Part shown: one piece after another, positions 37,360 to 47,432 of the stretch | How positions within the stretch are numbered: the first letter of the stretch is position 1 | Layout of the letters: each line of letters opens with the position of its first letter | Assembly: GCA_030765785.1 (NCBI GenBank) | Contig: JAVCCC010000008.1 | Coordinates: forward strand, 1-60,222 | Reading direction: 5' to 3' | Source: Candidatus Aceula lacicola | Lineage (GTDB): Bacteria; Omnitrophota; Gorgyraeia; Zapsychrales; Aceulaceae | Length of the DNA stretch: 60,222 bases | Translations under genes and position numbers: made by a program | The notes under the pieces: generated by a model | Database searches by the model: none | What the model saw: the letters and a program-made list of their open reading frames with translations, nothing else | Told to the model about the DNA's origin: nothing

Positions 37360-38559
37360 TTATTCGTAACGTAACGCCTCCACAGGTCCTAACGCACCTG
37401 CTTTTTTCGCCGGATAGATTGTCGCACAATAGCTAATCAAAAGAGCTGCCACTGCAATCATTAAAAGATCGCCCAACTCTAAAAGAACAGGCAATCGATC
37501 AATATAGTAAATATCTTCAGGTAACTTAATAAATTGGTACTTTTTTAAAAGCAAGCTTAATCCAACGCCGCCAACAAAACCAAAAAATATTCCGATAATC
37601 CCAATGGCCATACCTTTCATGACAAAAATTCTTTCAATCGCTTTTCTTGGAACACCAATAGCTTTTAAAATACCAATATCTTTAATCTTGCTAGTCACAG
37701 TAACAATAAGAGTGCTGACAATGTTAAACGACGCAACCAAAACAATGAGCGTCAAAATTATAAACATAGCAAATTTCTCAAGCTTAAGCGCTGCAAAAAA
37801 ATTTCGATTTGAATCAATCCAAGTTTTTACTAAAAAACTATATCCAATCGCCTGATAAATTTTTCTTTTTATTTCAGGTGCTGCATAGACATCTTTAAGT
37901 TTTAACGCAATTCCGCTTACGATACCGCTTGGAAAACCAAAAATCTCTTGTGCTTGTTTAAGACTAATCAAAACCAAACTCATATCGTAATCATACATTC
38001 CAGAACTAAAAATACCTGTAATGACAAGCTCGTGACGCCACCCTTTTCCAGCACGCCCTGCCACTGGCGCAATCACCGTAATTATATCGCCTACCTTTCT
38101 TCCAAGATAAGCAGCCAGTTCACTTCCAACAACCACCCCATTGCCAACTAAACTCTCAAGATTTCCTTGAACAAGATATTCCTTTATCTTTGTAACATCT
38201 CCTGCCGTTCGAGGATCAACACCACGCGCCACAATATTCATAACTTGATCGTCGTATTCTAAAAAAAGGGGGCCTTGCACATATGGAGTTGTAGCAACAA
38301 CACCGTCAATAGACTCAACTTTATTCTCTAATTCTTTAGAAAAATGCAAACCAGTTTCTTTTTCAATTACAATATGAGCATTCGTTCCAATAATCTTTTC
38401 ACGTAAATCCCGATCAAATCCTGTCATAACCCCGATAACGATAATAAGCGCTGTTACGCCAATTGCAACACCAGCAATTGCCACAAAATTAATAAGCGAT
38501 AAAAACGGTTCTTTTTTAGCTGACAAATAACGAAAGCTTATCCAACCTTCATAATTCAT
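37360..38559 (-). CDS. lolE: Lipoprotein-releasing ABC permease, LolC/E-like
   Basis: GVAIGV.ALI.V..VM.GF, LEK..MF.IL.LI..VA.FNI, IYYI..LP, YPA..A..L.PVEALRYE. Confidence 0.92.
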   Translation of the reverse strand: MNYEGWISFRYLSAKKEPFLSLINFVAIAGVAIGVTALIIVIGVMTGFDRDLREKIIGTNAHIVIEKETGLHFSKELENKVESIDGVVATTPYVQGPLFLEYDDQVMNIVARGVDPRTAGDVTKIKEYLVQGNLESLVGNGVVVGSELAAYLGRKVGDIITVIAPVAGRAGKGWRHELVITGIFSSGMYDYDMSLVLISLKQAQEIFGFPSGIVSGIALKLKDVYAAPEIKRKIYQAIGYSFLVKTWIDSNRNFFAALKLEKFAMFIILTLIVLVASFNIVSTLIVTVTSKIKDIGILKAIGVPRKAIERIFVMKGMAIGIIGIFFGFVGGVGLSLLLKKYQFIKLPEDIYYIDRLPVLLELGDLLMIAVAALLISYCATIYPAKKAGALGPVEALRYE

Positions 38560-40018
38560 TTTCGCCCTTATCTTTTTTTGCTTGCGGCTTTAGAAGCGGA
38601 AACAAAATAACATCTCGGATGGATGGCGCATCTGTTAAAAGCATCACAAGTCGATCAATGCCGATACCTAATCCTCCTGCCGGTGGCATGCCATATTCAA
38701 GTGCATTCAAGAAGTCTTCGTCCACATTACGCAAACCTGTTTCGGTGTCGTCTTTTAAATCTTCAATTAAGCGCTGACGCTGCTCTATTGGATCGTTCAA
38801 CTCAGAATAAGCATTTCCAATCTCCATGCCAGCAACAAAACATTCAAAACGTTGTGCAACGGAAGGATCATCTTCTCTTGCTTTTGCCAAAGGAGATAAA
38901 AACGTAAAATAATCAACTAAAAATATTGGATTCATCGTCGACTCTTCATCCAAAAGATCTTCAACAATCTTCATAACAGCAGAACGCGTTAACGTATCAA
39001 CCGCAGCAACTTTTCTTTTTGCCTTTACTTTCTCAAGCATAGCTTTTGCATCATCTGTTGAATTAATATCAAACATGTCTTTAACAATCTTTGTAAAAGA
39101 TCTTCTCTCCCATGGTGGAGTAAAATCAATTTCTTTTCCTTGATACATTACTTTATAACTTCCGTGCAACTCTTTTGCTAAAAAACTAACCAAATCTTCC
39201 GTAAGCTTCATCATGTCCTCATAATCAGCATACGCCTCATATACTTCCATCATCGTAAACTCTGGATTATGTCTCGTTGAAATACCTTCATTTCTAAAAT
39301 TACGATTCATTTCATAAACTCTTTCAAGCCCGCCAACTAGCAGACGCTTTAAATAAAGCTCTGGAGCGATACGTAAAAAAACTTCCATGTCATACGCATT
39401 ATGCAAACTCTTAAATGGTTTTCCTCTAGCGCCACCTGCCATAGGCTGCAACATTGGTGTCTCCACCTCCAAAAAATTTCTTTTATCTAAAAAAGAACGA
39501 ATCATTGAAACAATCTTACTTCTTTTAACAAACAAATCTCTAACTTCTTCATTAGCAATTAAATCCACATAGCGTTGACGATATCGAATCTCCACATTTT
39601 TTAAACCATGCCATTTCTCAGGAAGACACATCAAAGATTTTGATAAAATCGTAATTTTAAAAACACGAATACTCTCTTGCTCTGTTTTTGTCTTAAACAA
39701 CTGTCCCTCAACGCCAATAATATCGCCAATATCCAAATGATGCGCTATATCAAAAAGCTCTTCACCAACATTATTTAATTTTATGAAAAGCTGTATTTTT
39801 CCAGTCACATCCACAAGATCCATAAAAATAACCTTGCCATGTGTTCGACTCGCCATAATACGGCCAGCAACAATAACCTCTTTTTCTTCTTCAAAATTGC
39901 TTAAAGTGTCAGAAATACTTGCTGTTCGAATAAATTTTCCACCATACGGCTTTAAACCCTTGGCTTTAAGATTTTTTAGTTTTTCATTACGAATTTGTTT
40001 AATTTCTTCAATTTCCAC
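38549..40018 (-). CDS. lysS: Lysyl-tRNA synthetase (class II)
   Basis: YRQRYVDL, LRIAPEL.LKRL, FRNEG..RHNPEF, GMPP.GGLG.GIDRL; GTG start. Confidence 0.98.
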   Translation of the reverse strand: MEIEEIKQIRNEKLKNLKAKGLKPYGGKFIRTASISDTLSNFEEEKEVIVAGRIMASRTHGKVIFMDLVDVTGKIQLFIKLNNVGEELFDIAHHLDIGDIIGVEGQLFKTKTEQESIRVFKITILSKSLMCLPEKWHGLKNVEIRYRQRYVDLIANEEVRDLFVKRSKIVSMIRSFLDKRNFLEVETPMLQPMAGGARGKPFKSLHNAYDMEVFLRIAPELYLKRLLVGGLERVYEMNRNFRNEGISTRHNPEFTMMEVYEAYADYEDMMKLTEDLVSFLAKELHGSYKVMYQGKEIDFTPPWERRSFTKIVKDMFDINSTDDAKAMLEKVKAKRKVAAVDTLTRSAVMKIVEDLLDEESTMNPIFLVDYFTFLSPLAKAREDDPSVAQRFECFVAGMEIGNAYSELNDPIEQRQRLIEDLKDDTETGLRNVDEDFLNALEYGMPPAGGLGIGIDRLVMLLTDAPSIRDVILFPLLKPQAKKDKGENEL

Positions 40019-40063
40019 AAGGCTCTCCTACTATTAGTATTAATATTAAATATTTAGTAGTTT

Positions 40064-40092
40064 ATTATATAGAAAAGGACAAAAAGTGTCAA
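40064..40092 (-). promoter_or_regulatory. Consensus sigma70 promoter of the lysS operon
   Basis: TTGACA-17 nt-TATAAT, a perfect match. Confidence 0.85.
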
Positions 40093-40206
40093 CGAAAAGC
40101 ACCCGCAAAATATTGAGTATAAAAAGCATAAAAAATGCTCAATATCTAACAAACACAAAGGTTAAAAAATTAGAAATGGTAGGATTTTAATAAAAATGAT
40201 TTCTTT

Positions 40207-40800
40207 TTACGAATATCTTCGAATGCTAGTCATAACTTTACCAACAATCGAAGTCTCCTCTGTGACAGGAATCGGCTCATATTTTGGGTTGGCCGGAACA
40301 AGAAAATAATGCGTCCCTATTCTACTCAATCGCTTAACCGTCGCCTCTTCGCCTATCAAAGCAACAACAATTTCGCCAACCTGAGCAACTGCTTGTCGTC
40401 GGACCAAAACAAGATCATTCGACATAATACCCGCTTCAATCATGCTATCGCCTTTTACGCGCAATGCAAAAATATCTGAATCTGAAAAATAAACATCGTC
40501 CAAATCCACATATCCTTCAATATCTTCAACAGCCAAAGTCGGACTGCCAGCAGCAACCGCTCCTAAAATAGGCACGCGAAAAGCTTCCTTAACCAATTCA
40601 ATTGCCCGCGCTTTTCCTTCACTCACCCTAATATAGCCCTTATCAACAAGAGCCTTAAGATAATCTCGTACTGTTCCAGTTGAAGAAAAGCCAAATTCTT
40701 GAGCAATCTCTCGAATTGTCGGCGGAATTTTTTCATCTTTGATTTGATTAAAAATAAATCGCAAAACATTTTTTTGCTTATCTGTAAGATTCTTAACCAT
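40207..40800 (-). CDS. lexA: SOS repressor LexA
   Basis: LTDKQ..PPTIREI wHTH, VAAG cleavage site, GDSM serine, TVKRL lysine. Confidence 0.97.
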   Translation of the reverse strand: MVKNLTDKQKNVLRFIFNQIKDEKIPPTIREIAQEFGFSSTGTVRDYLKALVDKGYIRVSEGKARAIELVKEAFRVPILGAVAAGSPTLAVEDIEGYVDLDDVYFSDSDIFALRVKGDSMIEAGIMSNDLVLVRRQAVAQVGEIVVALIGEEATVKRLSRIGTHYFLVPANPKYEPIPVTEETSIVGKVMTSIRRYS

Positions 40801-40806
40801 GAATTA

Positions 40807-40835
40807 ATACTACCACACGCTTGTGTGGATGTCAA
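40807..40835 (-). promoter_or_regulatory. lexA promoter with a palindromic operator in the spacer
   Basis: TTGACA-17 nt-TAGTAT; 16 of the 17 spacer nt are CCACAC-N4-GTGTGG (40813-40828); ATG is 6 nt after the -10. Confidence 0.85.
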
Positions 40836-40864
40836 TAATTTTAAGAATGAGATCTTTGAAATGT

Positions 40865-41470
40865 TTACATCTGAAGGACATGCTCGAGAATAACATCCGC
40901 TTGCTTAGCGGCTGCGATGTTAACTCTTGGAGACAATAGTGGAGCATTGCAACTATCTGTTTTTAAATCACCTATCAGAAAAAAATTATTCTTGATGCGA
41001 TGAACTTTGATGTCATCGCTCTTACCTATTCCTGCCATCCCCGATGCAGATACAATAAATTTGTCTGTTTTTAAGAAATACTCAACAAAAATACTTTTAT
41101 ATTCTGCTTTGTCAAAGGCTTCAACAACGATATGGCAATCAACGAACAAGTCAGCAATATTATTTCCTTCAACTTTTTGCGAAGATACTTCAATGTCAAT
41201 ATCAGGATTAATGCGTTTAAGATTTTCTTTTAAAACTTCAACCTTCTTTTTTTCATTTTGATCATAAAAATAAAATTGTCGATTCAAATTTGAAAATTCT
41301 ATTAAATCAAAATCAACAATACTAAAATGCTTAAATCCAACACGAACTAAATTAAATGCGCAGTTAGATCCCAGTCCCCCAGCACCAGCGATACCAATCT
41401 TAACAGATCGAACTTTCTTAAACTTTTCTTTTCCAAAAACTTCTAAAAGTTTTTGCTCAAAATCATTCAT
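40865..41470 (-). CDS. thiF: Sulfur carrier adenylyltransferase ThiF (short type)
   Basis: GIAGAGGLGSN, DFD.IE.SNLNRQ, EAFD, SGMAG. Confidence 0.93.
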   Translation of the reverse strand: MNDFEQKLLEVFGKEKFKKVRSVKIGIAGAGGLGSNCAFNLVRVGFKHFSIVDFDLIEFSNLNRQFYFYDQNEKKKVEVLKENLKRINPDIDIEVSSQKVEGNNIADLFVDCHIVVEAFDKAEYKSIFVEYFLKTDKFIVSASGMAGIGKSDDIKVHRIKNNFFLIGDLKTDSCNAPLLSPRVNIAAAKQADVILEHVLQM

Positions 41471-41471
41471 T

Positions 41472-42584
41472 TTATATCGCCATCCAATCTTTTAATACAG
41501 GCTGATATCCTTTTTGATGAAGAAATTCAATAATTTCAGAAACGTTACGCTTATCCGATATTTCGAATTGAGATATTTTATTATTTTCATCAGCAATAGC
41601 GGTATGTCCGCCTACTTGCGTTGTTGAGCCTGCCGACATACGTGTGACACCAAGCGGCAATACATTCTCTCGAAATTCTGAAGATTCTCTCGTCGATATC
41701 GTAATACCAAGTCGCGGCAAGAAGATCCTTAATGCTAAAATCATCTGAACAACATTCTTATCAGTTACGATGCAGATTGGCTGAAAGTTTCCCTCAGCAG
41801 GTCTTAAACGTGGAAGCGAAATACTTATTTCTGAATCAAAAAATTTATCCTGCAAATATTGCGCATGGAGACCGAGCAAAAAAACTTCTCTCTGCCAATC
41901 GGATAGTCCCAACAAAACACCAATATTAACTGTGCGCATTTTTACAGCTAATGCTCTCTCTGGCGCATCTAAACGAAATAGATAATCTGCCTTCGGTCCT
42001 GAACGGTGAACCTGACCATATGTCTCCTTATCGTAAACTTCCTGATAAATCGTAAGTCCGTCGACACCGGCATCAATCAGCTCCTTGTACTCATCAACCT
42101 CTAATGCATAAATTTCAAGAGAAACTGAACTAAAATATTTCTGTAAAATTTTAACACATTCTTTTACATAATTTACTGGACTATATGTTCGAGAACCACC
42201 TGTTAAAAGAAGAACATGTTTTAACCCCGTCTTTGAAATAAACTGGACCTCAGCATCAACTTCATCAAAACTTAATTTCTTTCTTTGAATCTTATTTGTT
42301 CGATTAAAACCGCAATAAATACATTCATTATCGCAAAAATTTGAAACATACATTGGAGTGTAAAGCTGAATTGCTTTTCCAAAATATTGAAGAGTAAGCG
42401 CATGGGCTCGAGTTGCCATCTGCTCTAACAAAGGCTCTGCCTTTATTGATAAAAGAGAAAGGAATTGAAATGCCGATACATTAGAGGCATTCAAAGCTTT
42501 TTGAATTGTTTGCGGATCAACAGTATTCAAAAAATTCTGAACATCAAAATCCTCATATTTCTTATAAATATCAAAAAAACTCAT
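41472..42584 (-). CDS. thiH: 2-iminoacetate synthase ThiH
   Basis: PMY.SN.CDNECIYCGF radical-SAM motif, YQE.Y, S.PRLRP, SAGS.T..GG. Confidence 0.95.
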   Translation of the reverse strand: MSFFDIYKKYEDFDVQNFLNTVDPQTIQKALNASNVSAFQFLSLLSIKAEPLLEQMATRAHALTLQYFGKAIQLYTPMYVSNFCDNECIYCGFNRTNKIQRKKLSFDEVDAEVQFISKTGLKHVLLLTGGSRTYSPVNYVKECVKILQKYFSSVSLEIYALEVDEYKELIDAGVDGLTIYQEVYDKETYGQVHRSGPKADYLFRLDAPERALAVKMRTVNIGVLLGLSDWQREVFLLGLHAQYLQDKFFDSEISISLPRLRPAEGNFQPICIVTDKNVVQMILALRIFLPRLGITISTRESSEFRENVLPLGVTRMSAGSTTQVGGHTAIADENNKISQFEISDKRNVSEIIEFLHQKGYQPVLKDWMAI

Positions 42585-42589
42585 CGCTA

Positions 42590-43369
42590 CTATTTCTCTT
42601 CCTCTCTTAAAAATCCTGTCAAAGGTGACGAAGCGCTCGCTTCGCTTACGCTAAAGCCTAATCCAGAAAGATAAGCAAGTCGCCCTGCCTCAACCGCCAA
42701 TTTAAACGCCCTTGCCATCGAAACAGGATTCTCGGCAATAGCAACCGCCGTGTTAACCAAAACAGCATCACACCCAAGCTCCATGCACTCCGCAGCTTGC
42801 GCCGGACTTCCGATGCCAGCATCAACAACAACTGGAACATTAATTTCACTAACGATAATTCGAACTAGCTCTTTTGTTTTTAATCCACGATTGCTTCCAA
42901 TAGGCGCGCCCAAAGGCATTACAGCTTTTGCGCCAACATCAACTAATCTTTTTGCAGCCATCAGATCCGGACTCATATAAGGCAAAACCATAAATCCTTC
43001 TTTTGATAAAATTTCTGTAGCTTTAATCGTTTCAAAATTGTCAGGTAGCAAATATTTATTATCTGAAATGACTTCTATTTTTATCCAATTGCCACACCCA
43101 GAAGCTTTGGCAAGATGAGCAATGCGTACAGCCTCCTCGGCATTACGCGCTCCTGATGTATTTGGCATCAGCAAGCAATCCTTTGGAATATAGTCTAGAA
43201 TGTTTTCATCATCCGAATCTTGATCTACACGCCTAAGCGCAACAGTGACAACAGAAGCATTTGAAACTTCCAAAACATCTTTAATAATCTTTTTGCTTGG
43301 AAACTTTCCCGTTCCAATAAACAACCGACTCTCCAAATTCTGATCAGCAATTTCTAAAATATCATTCAT
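42590..43369 (-). CDS. thiG: Thiazole synthase ThiG
   Basis: [37 protein letters not shown]. Confidence 0.98.
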   Translation of the reverse strand: MNDILEIADQNLESRLFIGTGKFPSKKIIKDVLEVSNASVVTVALRRVDQDSDDENILDYIPKDCLLMPNTSGARNAEEAVRIAHLAKASGCGNWIKIEVISDNKYLLPDNFETIKATEILSKEGFMVLPYMSPDLMAAKRLVDVGAKAVMPLGAPIGSNRGLKTKELVRIIVSEINVPVVVDAGIGSPAQAAECMELGCDAVLVNTAVAIAENPVSMARAFKLAVEAGRLAYLSGLGFSVSEASASSPLTGFLREEEK

Positions 43370-43371
43370 TT

Positions 43372-43575
43372 TTATCCTCCTCCAACAAAACTTACAATTT
43401 CAATAATATCTTTTTCCTTAATAACAATAGACGACAAATCGTTTCTATCAACAATCTTAGCGTTATATTCTACAACGACTCTATTTCTATTAAGGCCTTT
43501 CTGGTCTAAAAGCTCTGATAGAGTCGTTTCTGTTTCGAATACCTGTTCTGCTCCGTTAATGCGAACTTCCATCAT
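43372..43575 (-). CDS. thiS: Sulfur carrier protein ThiS
   Basis: [18 protein letters not shown]-terminus. Confidence 0.96.
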   Translation of the reverse strand: MMEVRINGAEQVFETETTLSELLDQKGLNRNRVVVEYNAKIVDRNDLSSIVIKEKDIIEIVSFVGGG

Positions 43576-44219
43576 AAGCCTTTCTGAAAACTTTTTATTT
43601 TACCTTTAAGCACTCTTGTTCTTTCGATAACATTATCTGATTCTACAATACAACGGATAACCGCGATATTTTTCGCTCCTCTTTCTAGAAGTGAGTCAAT
43701 ATTCTTCAAATTGATTCCGCCAATAAATATGACAGGTTTTTGCGCAATCTTTAAAATACTTTCAACATCATCAAGTCCAATAAAATAATCTTTTGTCTTC
43801 GTATAAAAGATTGGGCCAAATGCCAAATAATCACAATCTTTACTTTGTGCATTTTGAAACTGATCCATAGAATGAGTCGATATGCCGATTATTTTCTCAT
43901 TACCTAAAATAGATCGAACCTGATCGACAGAATATTGCTTTAAATCTTCTTGGCCTAAATGGACTCCATCAGCATTAACTTCTTTTGCTAAAAAAGGATC
44001 ATCATTAACAATAAAAGTAACATTGTTTTCTCGACAAAGATTAACTAACTCTTTTCCTATCTTTCGCAATTCATTTTTTTCTTTATTCTTTTCACGCATT
44101 TGCACAATATCAACACCGCCTAAGATAGCATCTCTAACAACTTCCGCTGTTTTCTTAGGGCTACTACATTCTTCACCGGTGACAAGATATAAGCTATAAT
44201 CTTTTATTTTGATCATCAT
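43572..44219 (-). CDS. thiE: Thiamine-phosphate synthase
   Basis: LYLVT, QMREK, FIVNDD, GVHLGQED, STH, IGGI. Start uncertain (44219, 44216 or 44279). Confidence 0.95.
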   Translation of the reverse strand: MMIKIKDYSLYLVTGEECSSPKKTAEVVRDAILGGVDIVQMREKNKEKNELRKIGKELVNLCRENNVTFIVNDDPFLAKEVNADGVHLGQEDLKQYSVDQVRSILGNEKIIGISTHSMDQFQNAQSKDCDYLAFGPIFYTKTKDYFIGLDDVESILKIAQKPVIFIGGINLKNIDSLLERGAKNIAVIRCIVESDNVIERTRVLKGKIKSFQKGL

Positions 44220-44291
44220 TATTTCATTTTGGAACCCAACTTGCGTTGGGCTTTCTATTTGGCTTTTCCTAAAAAACATGCAAAGAAGCCA

Positions 44292-44324
44292 AATAAAAAA
44301 AATCCACTTCTGATCTGAAGTGGA
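44292..44324 (-). terminator. Riboswitch-controlled intrinsic terminator
   Basis: TCCACTTC-AGATCA-GAAGTGGA followed by TTTTTTTTATT. Confidence 0.85.
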
Positions 44325-44342
44325 AAATAAAATTTCTCTTTT

Positions 44343-44450
44343 CTCCCTACGCTGGCATTATCCAGATCAGGTAAATCTCGTTAAAAACAAGATAGCGGGT
44401 CTTCTGTCTACATCACAGCGTTCTCAGAGCGTTACGCGCACTCCCCGGTT
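44343..44450 (-). ncRNA. TPP riboswitch aptamer (variant)
   Basis: GGGGAG..CTGAGA..ACCC..ACCTGATCTGGATAATGCCAGCGTAGGGA, upstream of thiE. Confidence 0.95.
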
Positions 44451-44498
44451 TTTATGTCCATTGATTAAACCATACATGACCTTTTCTGTCAATAAAAT

Positions 44499-45317
44499 TT
44501 ACATACCCACAATACAAATATCGTGCCCATTGGCTAATCGCAAACAATTTTCCTCATCGATCACAATAGTTTTATCTGCCTCAACCGCCAGGCAAGAAGC
44601 TTTAACTTTAATCATATTCTTTATTGTTCTCGGACCCACAACAGGAACATCAAATCGCAAATCTTGATTCGGCTTGCTAGTTTTGACAACAACCGCATTT
44701 TTTTGCGCAATTTTTCCACCACGCAAAATCGCTTGATCCGTTCCTTCCATCGCTTCGATCGCAACAATCGCCTTCTCTTTTATAACAACAGTTTGTCCCA
44801 CATCAAGCTCTCCCATTTGCCTTGCAATCGTTGCCCCGAATTCAATATCTACAAGCTCTTGCTCACTTGGACCTCTTTTTGTAAACGTTCCTTTAACTGC
44901 CATATAATCCTTCAAAAACATTGTCGAATCTAAAAGCGTCATTCCATTTCTTTCTAAAGCATCTGCTACTGCAGAAAAAATAGTGTCTGCCTTTCGATCC
45001 TTAAGCGCTTCAAAAAGCTTCTGAAGCTCTCCGTCAATTGCAACCTTTTCATCAAAAAGATTTCTCTGGCTAACCTGACCCGCCATAATAACATTCTCAA
45101 CATTCTCAGACTTAAAAAACTCAAAAAGCCTTTTAAGCTCACCGGCCCCTACCCAAAAAATTCTATCAACAAAAGGTGTTAAAAAAATAGACGTGTCCCC
45201 TTTAATAGCGACCGCAGTTACTCGATACCCTTGTCGTCGAGCCTCATGGGCAAAAAGAAAGGGAAACTTTCCGTTTCCCGCAATGAGCCCAAGATTCTTT
45301 TTACTTATTTTACTCAT
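44499..45317 (-). CDS. lpxI: UDP-2,3-diacylglucosamine hydrolase LpxI
   Basis: GLIAGNGKFP, DVGQTVV, A.EAMEGTD, K..KP.QD.RFDVP.VG. Confidence 0.95.
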   Translation of the reverse strand: MSKISKKNLGLIAGNGKFPFLFAHEARRQGYRVTAVAIKGDTSIFLTPFVDRIFWVGAGELKRLFEFFKSENVENVIMAGQVSQRNLFDEKVAIDGELQKLFEALKDRKADTIFSAVADALERNGMTLLDSTMFLKDYMAVKGTFTKRGPSEQELVDIEFGATIARQMGELDVGQTVVIKEKAIVAIEAMEGTDQAILRGGKIAQKNAVVVKTSKPNQDLRFDVPVVGPRTIKNMIKVKASCLAVEADKTIVIDEENCLRLANGHDICIVGM

Positions 45318-46090
45318 CAGCTACAAAGTCCCCTCTTAGAACTCTCAACAAAATCAATTAAATGCTTAATATCATCTGTCAACGAAATTTGCTTTTTCAT
45401 TTCTTCAACAGCATGCTTTTTTGTTAAATTAGAGAAAAACAATAATTTAAATGCCTTCTTTAAGTTTCGTATTAAATCCAAAGAAAAATTAGAACGTTTT
45501 AACCCAATAGAATTTAGCCCATATACACGTGCTGGATGCCCATCACATGTTGAAAAAGGTGGAATATCTTGCACAACTTTAGAGCATCCCCCGATAATAG
45601 AAAGCTTTCCTAAGCGAACAAATTGATGAATCGCCGTAAGTCCACCTACAACAGCTCCATCTTCTAATGTCACATGTCCAGCAAGGGTTCCAACGTTAGC
45701 AAGCGTACAATTATCACCAATAACACAATCATGGGCGACATGTGAATAAGCCATCAAAAGATTATCATTCCCAATAGCTGTTTTTCCGCCTTCTCCTGTT
45801 CCAGGATTAATGGTTACATATTCACGAAAAATATTATTCTCACCAATCTCAAGATACGTCTTTTCTTCTTCTTTATATTTCCGATCCTGAGGAATGCTTC
45901 CAATAACGGCTCCTGAAAACAATTCACAATTCTTTCCAATTGCTGTATTTCCCTCTATGACACAACCCTGACCCACTTTGACTCCATCAGATAAAACAAC
46001 ACCTTCTCCGACGGACGTATAAGGCCCGACAATAACCGTATCGGCTAATTTTGCTTTAGAATGGATAATTGCTGTTTTATGTATTTCCAT
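45317..46090 (-). CDS. lpxA: UDP-GlcNAc acyltransferase LpxA
   Basis: IH.TAII, IG..PQD.KY, IREYVTI..GT, MAYSHVAHDC, IHQF. Start moved to MEIHK. Confidence 0.97.
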   Translation of the reverse strand: MEIHKTAIIHSKAKLADTVIVGPYTSVGEGVVLSDGVKVGQGCVIEGNTAIGKNCELFSGAVIGSIPQDRKYKEEEKTYLEIGENNIFREYVTINPGTGEGGKTAIGNDNLLMAYSHVAHDCVIGDNCTLANVGTLAGHVTLEDGAVVGGLTAIHQFVRLGKLSIIGGCSKVVQDIPPFSTCDGHPARVYGLNSIGLKRSNFSLDLIRNLKKAFKLLFFSNLTKKHAVEEMKKQISLTDDIKHLIDFVESSKRGLCS

Positions 46091-46094
46091 AGAT

Positions 46095-47432
46095 TTATTG
46101 ATCCAAATAAGAAACATCCATAAACGAAAAGCCAAGCTCTGCCTCGACGACAACCTTACCTTCTACTTTAGCGATACCCTTGACCTGTGCAATGCGAGAC
46201 TTGCATCGAATCACATCCACTTCGAAAACAAGTTGATCACCAGGTTCTACAACTCTTCTAAATTTTACTTTATCAATCGCCATAAAAAGCGCTAATTTAT
46301 CTTTATTTTGAGGATCTGTTAATACAGCTATTCCTCCAACCTGTGCCATAGCCTCAACCATAAGGACTCCAGGCATAACAGGTTTTTGAGGAAAATGTCC
46401 CTGAAAAAATTCTTCGTTCGCTGTGACATTTTTTATCGCAACAGCTCTTTTTCCAGATTCAAGCTCAACAACACGATCCACAAGTAAAAAAGGATATCGA
46501 TGTGGCAATATTTTCTGAATGCCATTAATATCAAGAGCTGTTTTATTAAAAAACTCGTGCCCTTTTGGCGTAAATCGAGACGCGTATTTCTCTTTTTGCT
46601 CCACGATCTTTTGCAAAAGTTGCCGATTTAAATTATGTCCACTTTTTACTGCAACCACATGCCCACAAATCGGCATCCCTAAAAGATACAAATCCCCAAT
46701 AAAATCCAAAACTTTATGCCGAGCAAATTCTTGATCAGAGCGAAGCACATTATCTTTTACTCCATCGTCTCCAACAACAAGAGTATTTTTATAATTAGCA
46801 CCTTTCCCCAATCCTTTTTCCTGAAGCGCTTTTGCCTCGCTTTCCAAGCAAAAAGTTCGTGAAGATGCGATTTGATCTTCGAATGTTTCCATGTCAATTT
46901 TTTCATTAAAAAACTGTGATGACAACGCAGGGTGATCATAATCCAACGTATATGAAATTCTTAAAAAATTTGACGGGACAACAAAAATAGAAGCCCCATT
47001 ATCTTTCACCCAAATAGGCTCTTTAATATCAAAAACTTCCTTTGGAGCATCTTGCTCGACAATGCCAGCAACCTTTAAAGCTTTTAAGAATTCAATACAA
47101 CTTCCATCAAGTCCTGGTAGCTCATCGCCATTAATCTCAATAACAACATTATCAATTTCCATGCCATAAAGTGCTGCCATCACATGTTCAACCGTATGAA
47201 TAATAACTTCTCCTTTGCCAATAGACGTGCATCGTGGCATTGCTTTATCATCAACAATCATTGAATGGCTTGCTTCAATAACTGGCTTATCTGCAAGATC
47301 AACTCTTACGAACTGAATCCCTGTATCCTTCTCTGCAGGCTTAAAGACAAGTTTTACCTTATTCCCAGTATGAAGGCCAATGCCTTCCACAAAAATTTCT
47401 TTTTTAATTGTCTTTTGTTTTCGACTTATCAT
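46095..47432 (-). CDS. lpxC: Bifunctional LpxC/FabZ
   Basis: QKTI..G.GLHTG, TVEH, HKVLD, SGH; then [27 protein letters not shown]. Confidence 0.97.
   Translation of the reverse strand: MISRKQKTIKKEIFVEGIGLHTGNKVKLVFKPAEKDTGIQFVRVDLADKPVIEASHSMIVDDKAMPRCTSIGKGEVIIHTVEHVMAALYGMEIDNVVIEINGDELPGLDGSCIEFLKALKVAGIVEQDAPKEVFDIKEPIWVKDNGASIFVVPSNFLRISYTLDYDHPALSSQFFNEKIDMETFEDQIASSRTFCLESEAKALQEKGLGKGANYKNTLVVGDDGVKDNVLRSDQEFARHKVLDFIGDLYLLGMPICGHVVAVKSGHNLNRQLLQKIVEQKEKYASRFTPKGHEFFNKTALDINGIQKILPHRYPFLLVDRVVELESGKRAVAIKNVTANEEFFQGHFPQKPVMPGVLMVEAMAQVGGIAVLTDPQNKDKLALFMAIDKVKFRRVVEPGDQLVFEVDVIRCKSRIAQVKGIAKVEGKVVVEAELGFSFMDVSYLDQ

Noticed and set aside
40110-40146. ATATTGAG..CTCAATAT inverted repeat between lexA and the lysS promoter
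   Set aside because: Most simply a weak lexA terminator; no evidence for an ncRNA.
40865-44219. thiE-S-G-H-F cluster without thiC/thiD, with a zinc-free ThiF
   Set aside because: Known anaerobe-type arrangement; the missing genes may lie elsewhere, and there are no mobility marks.
46095-47432. LpxC-FabZ fusion as a novelty
   Set aside because: Established bifunctional family, for example in Bacteroidota.
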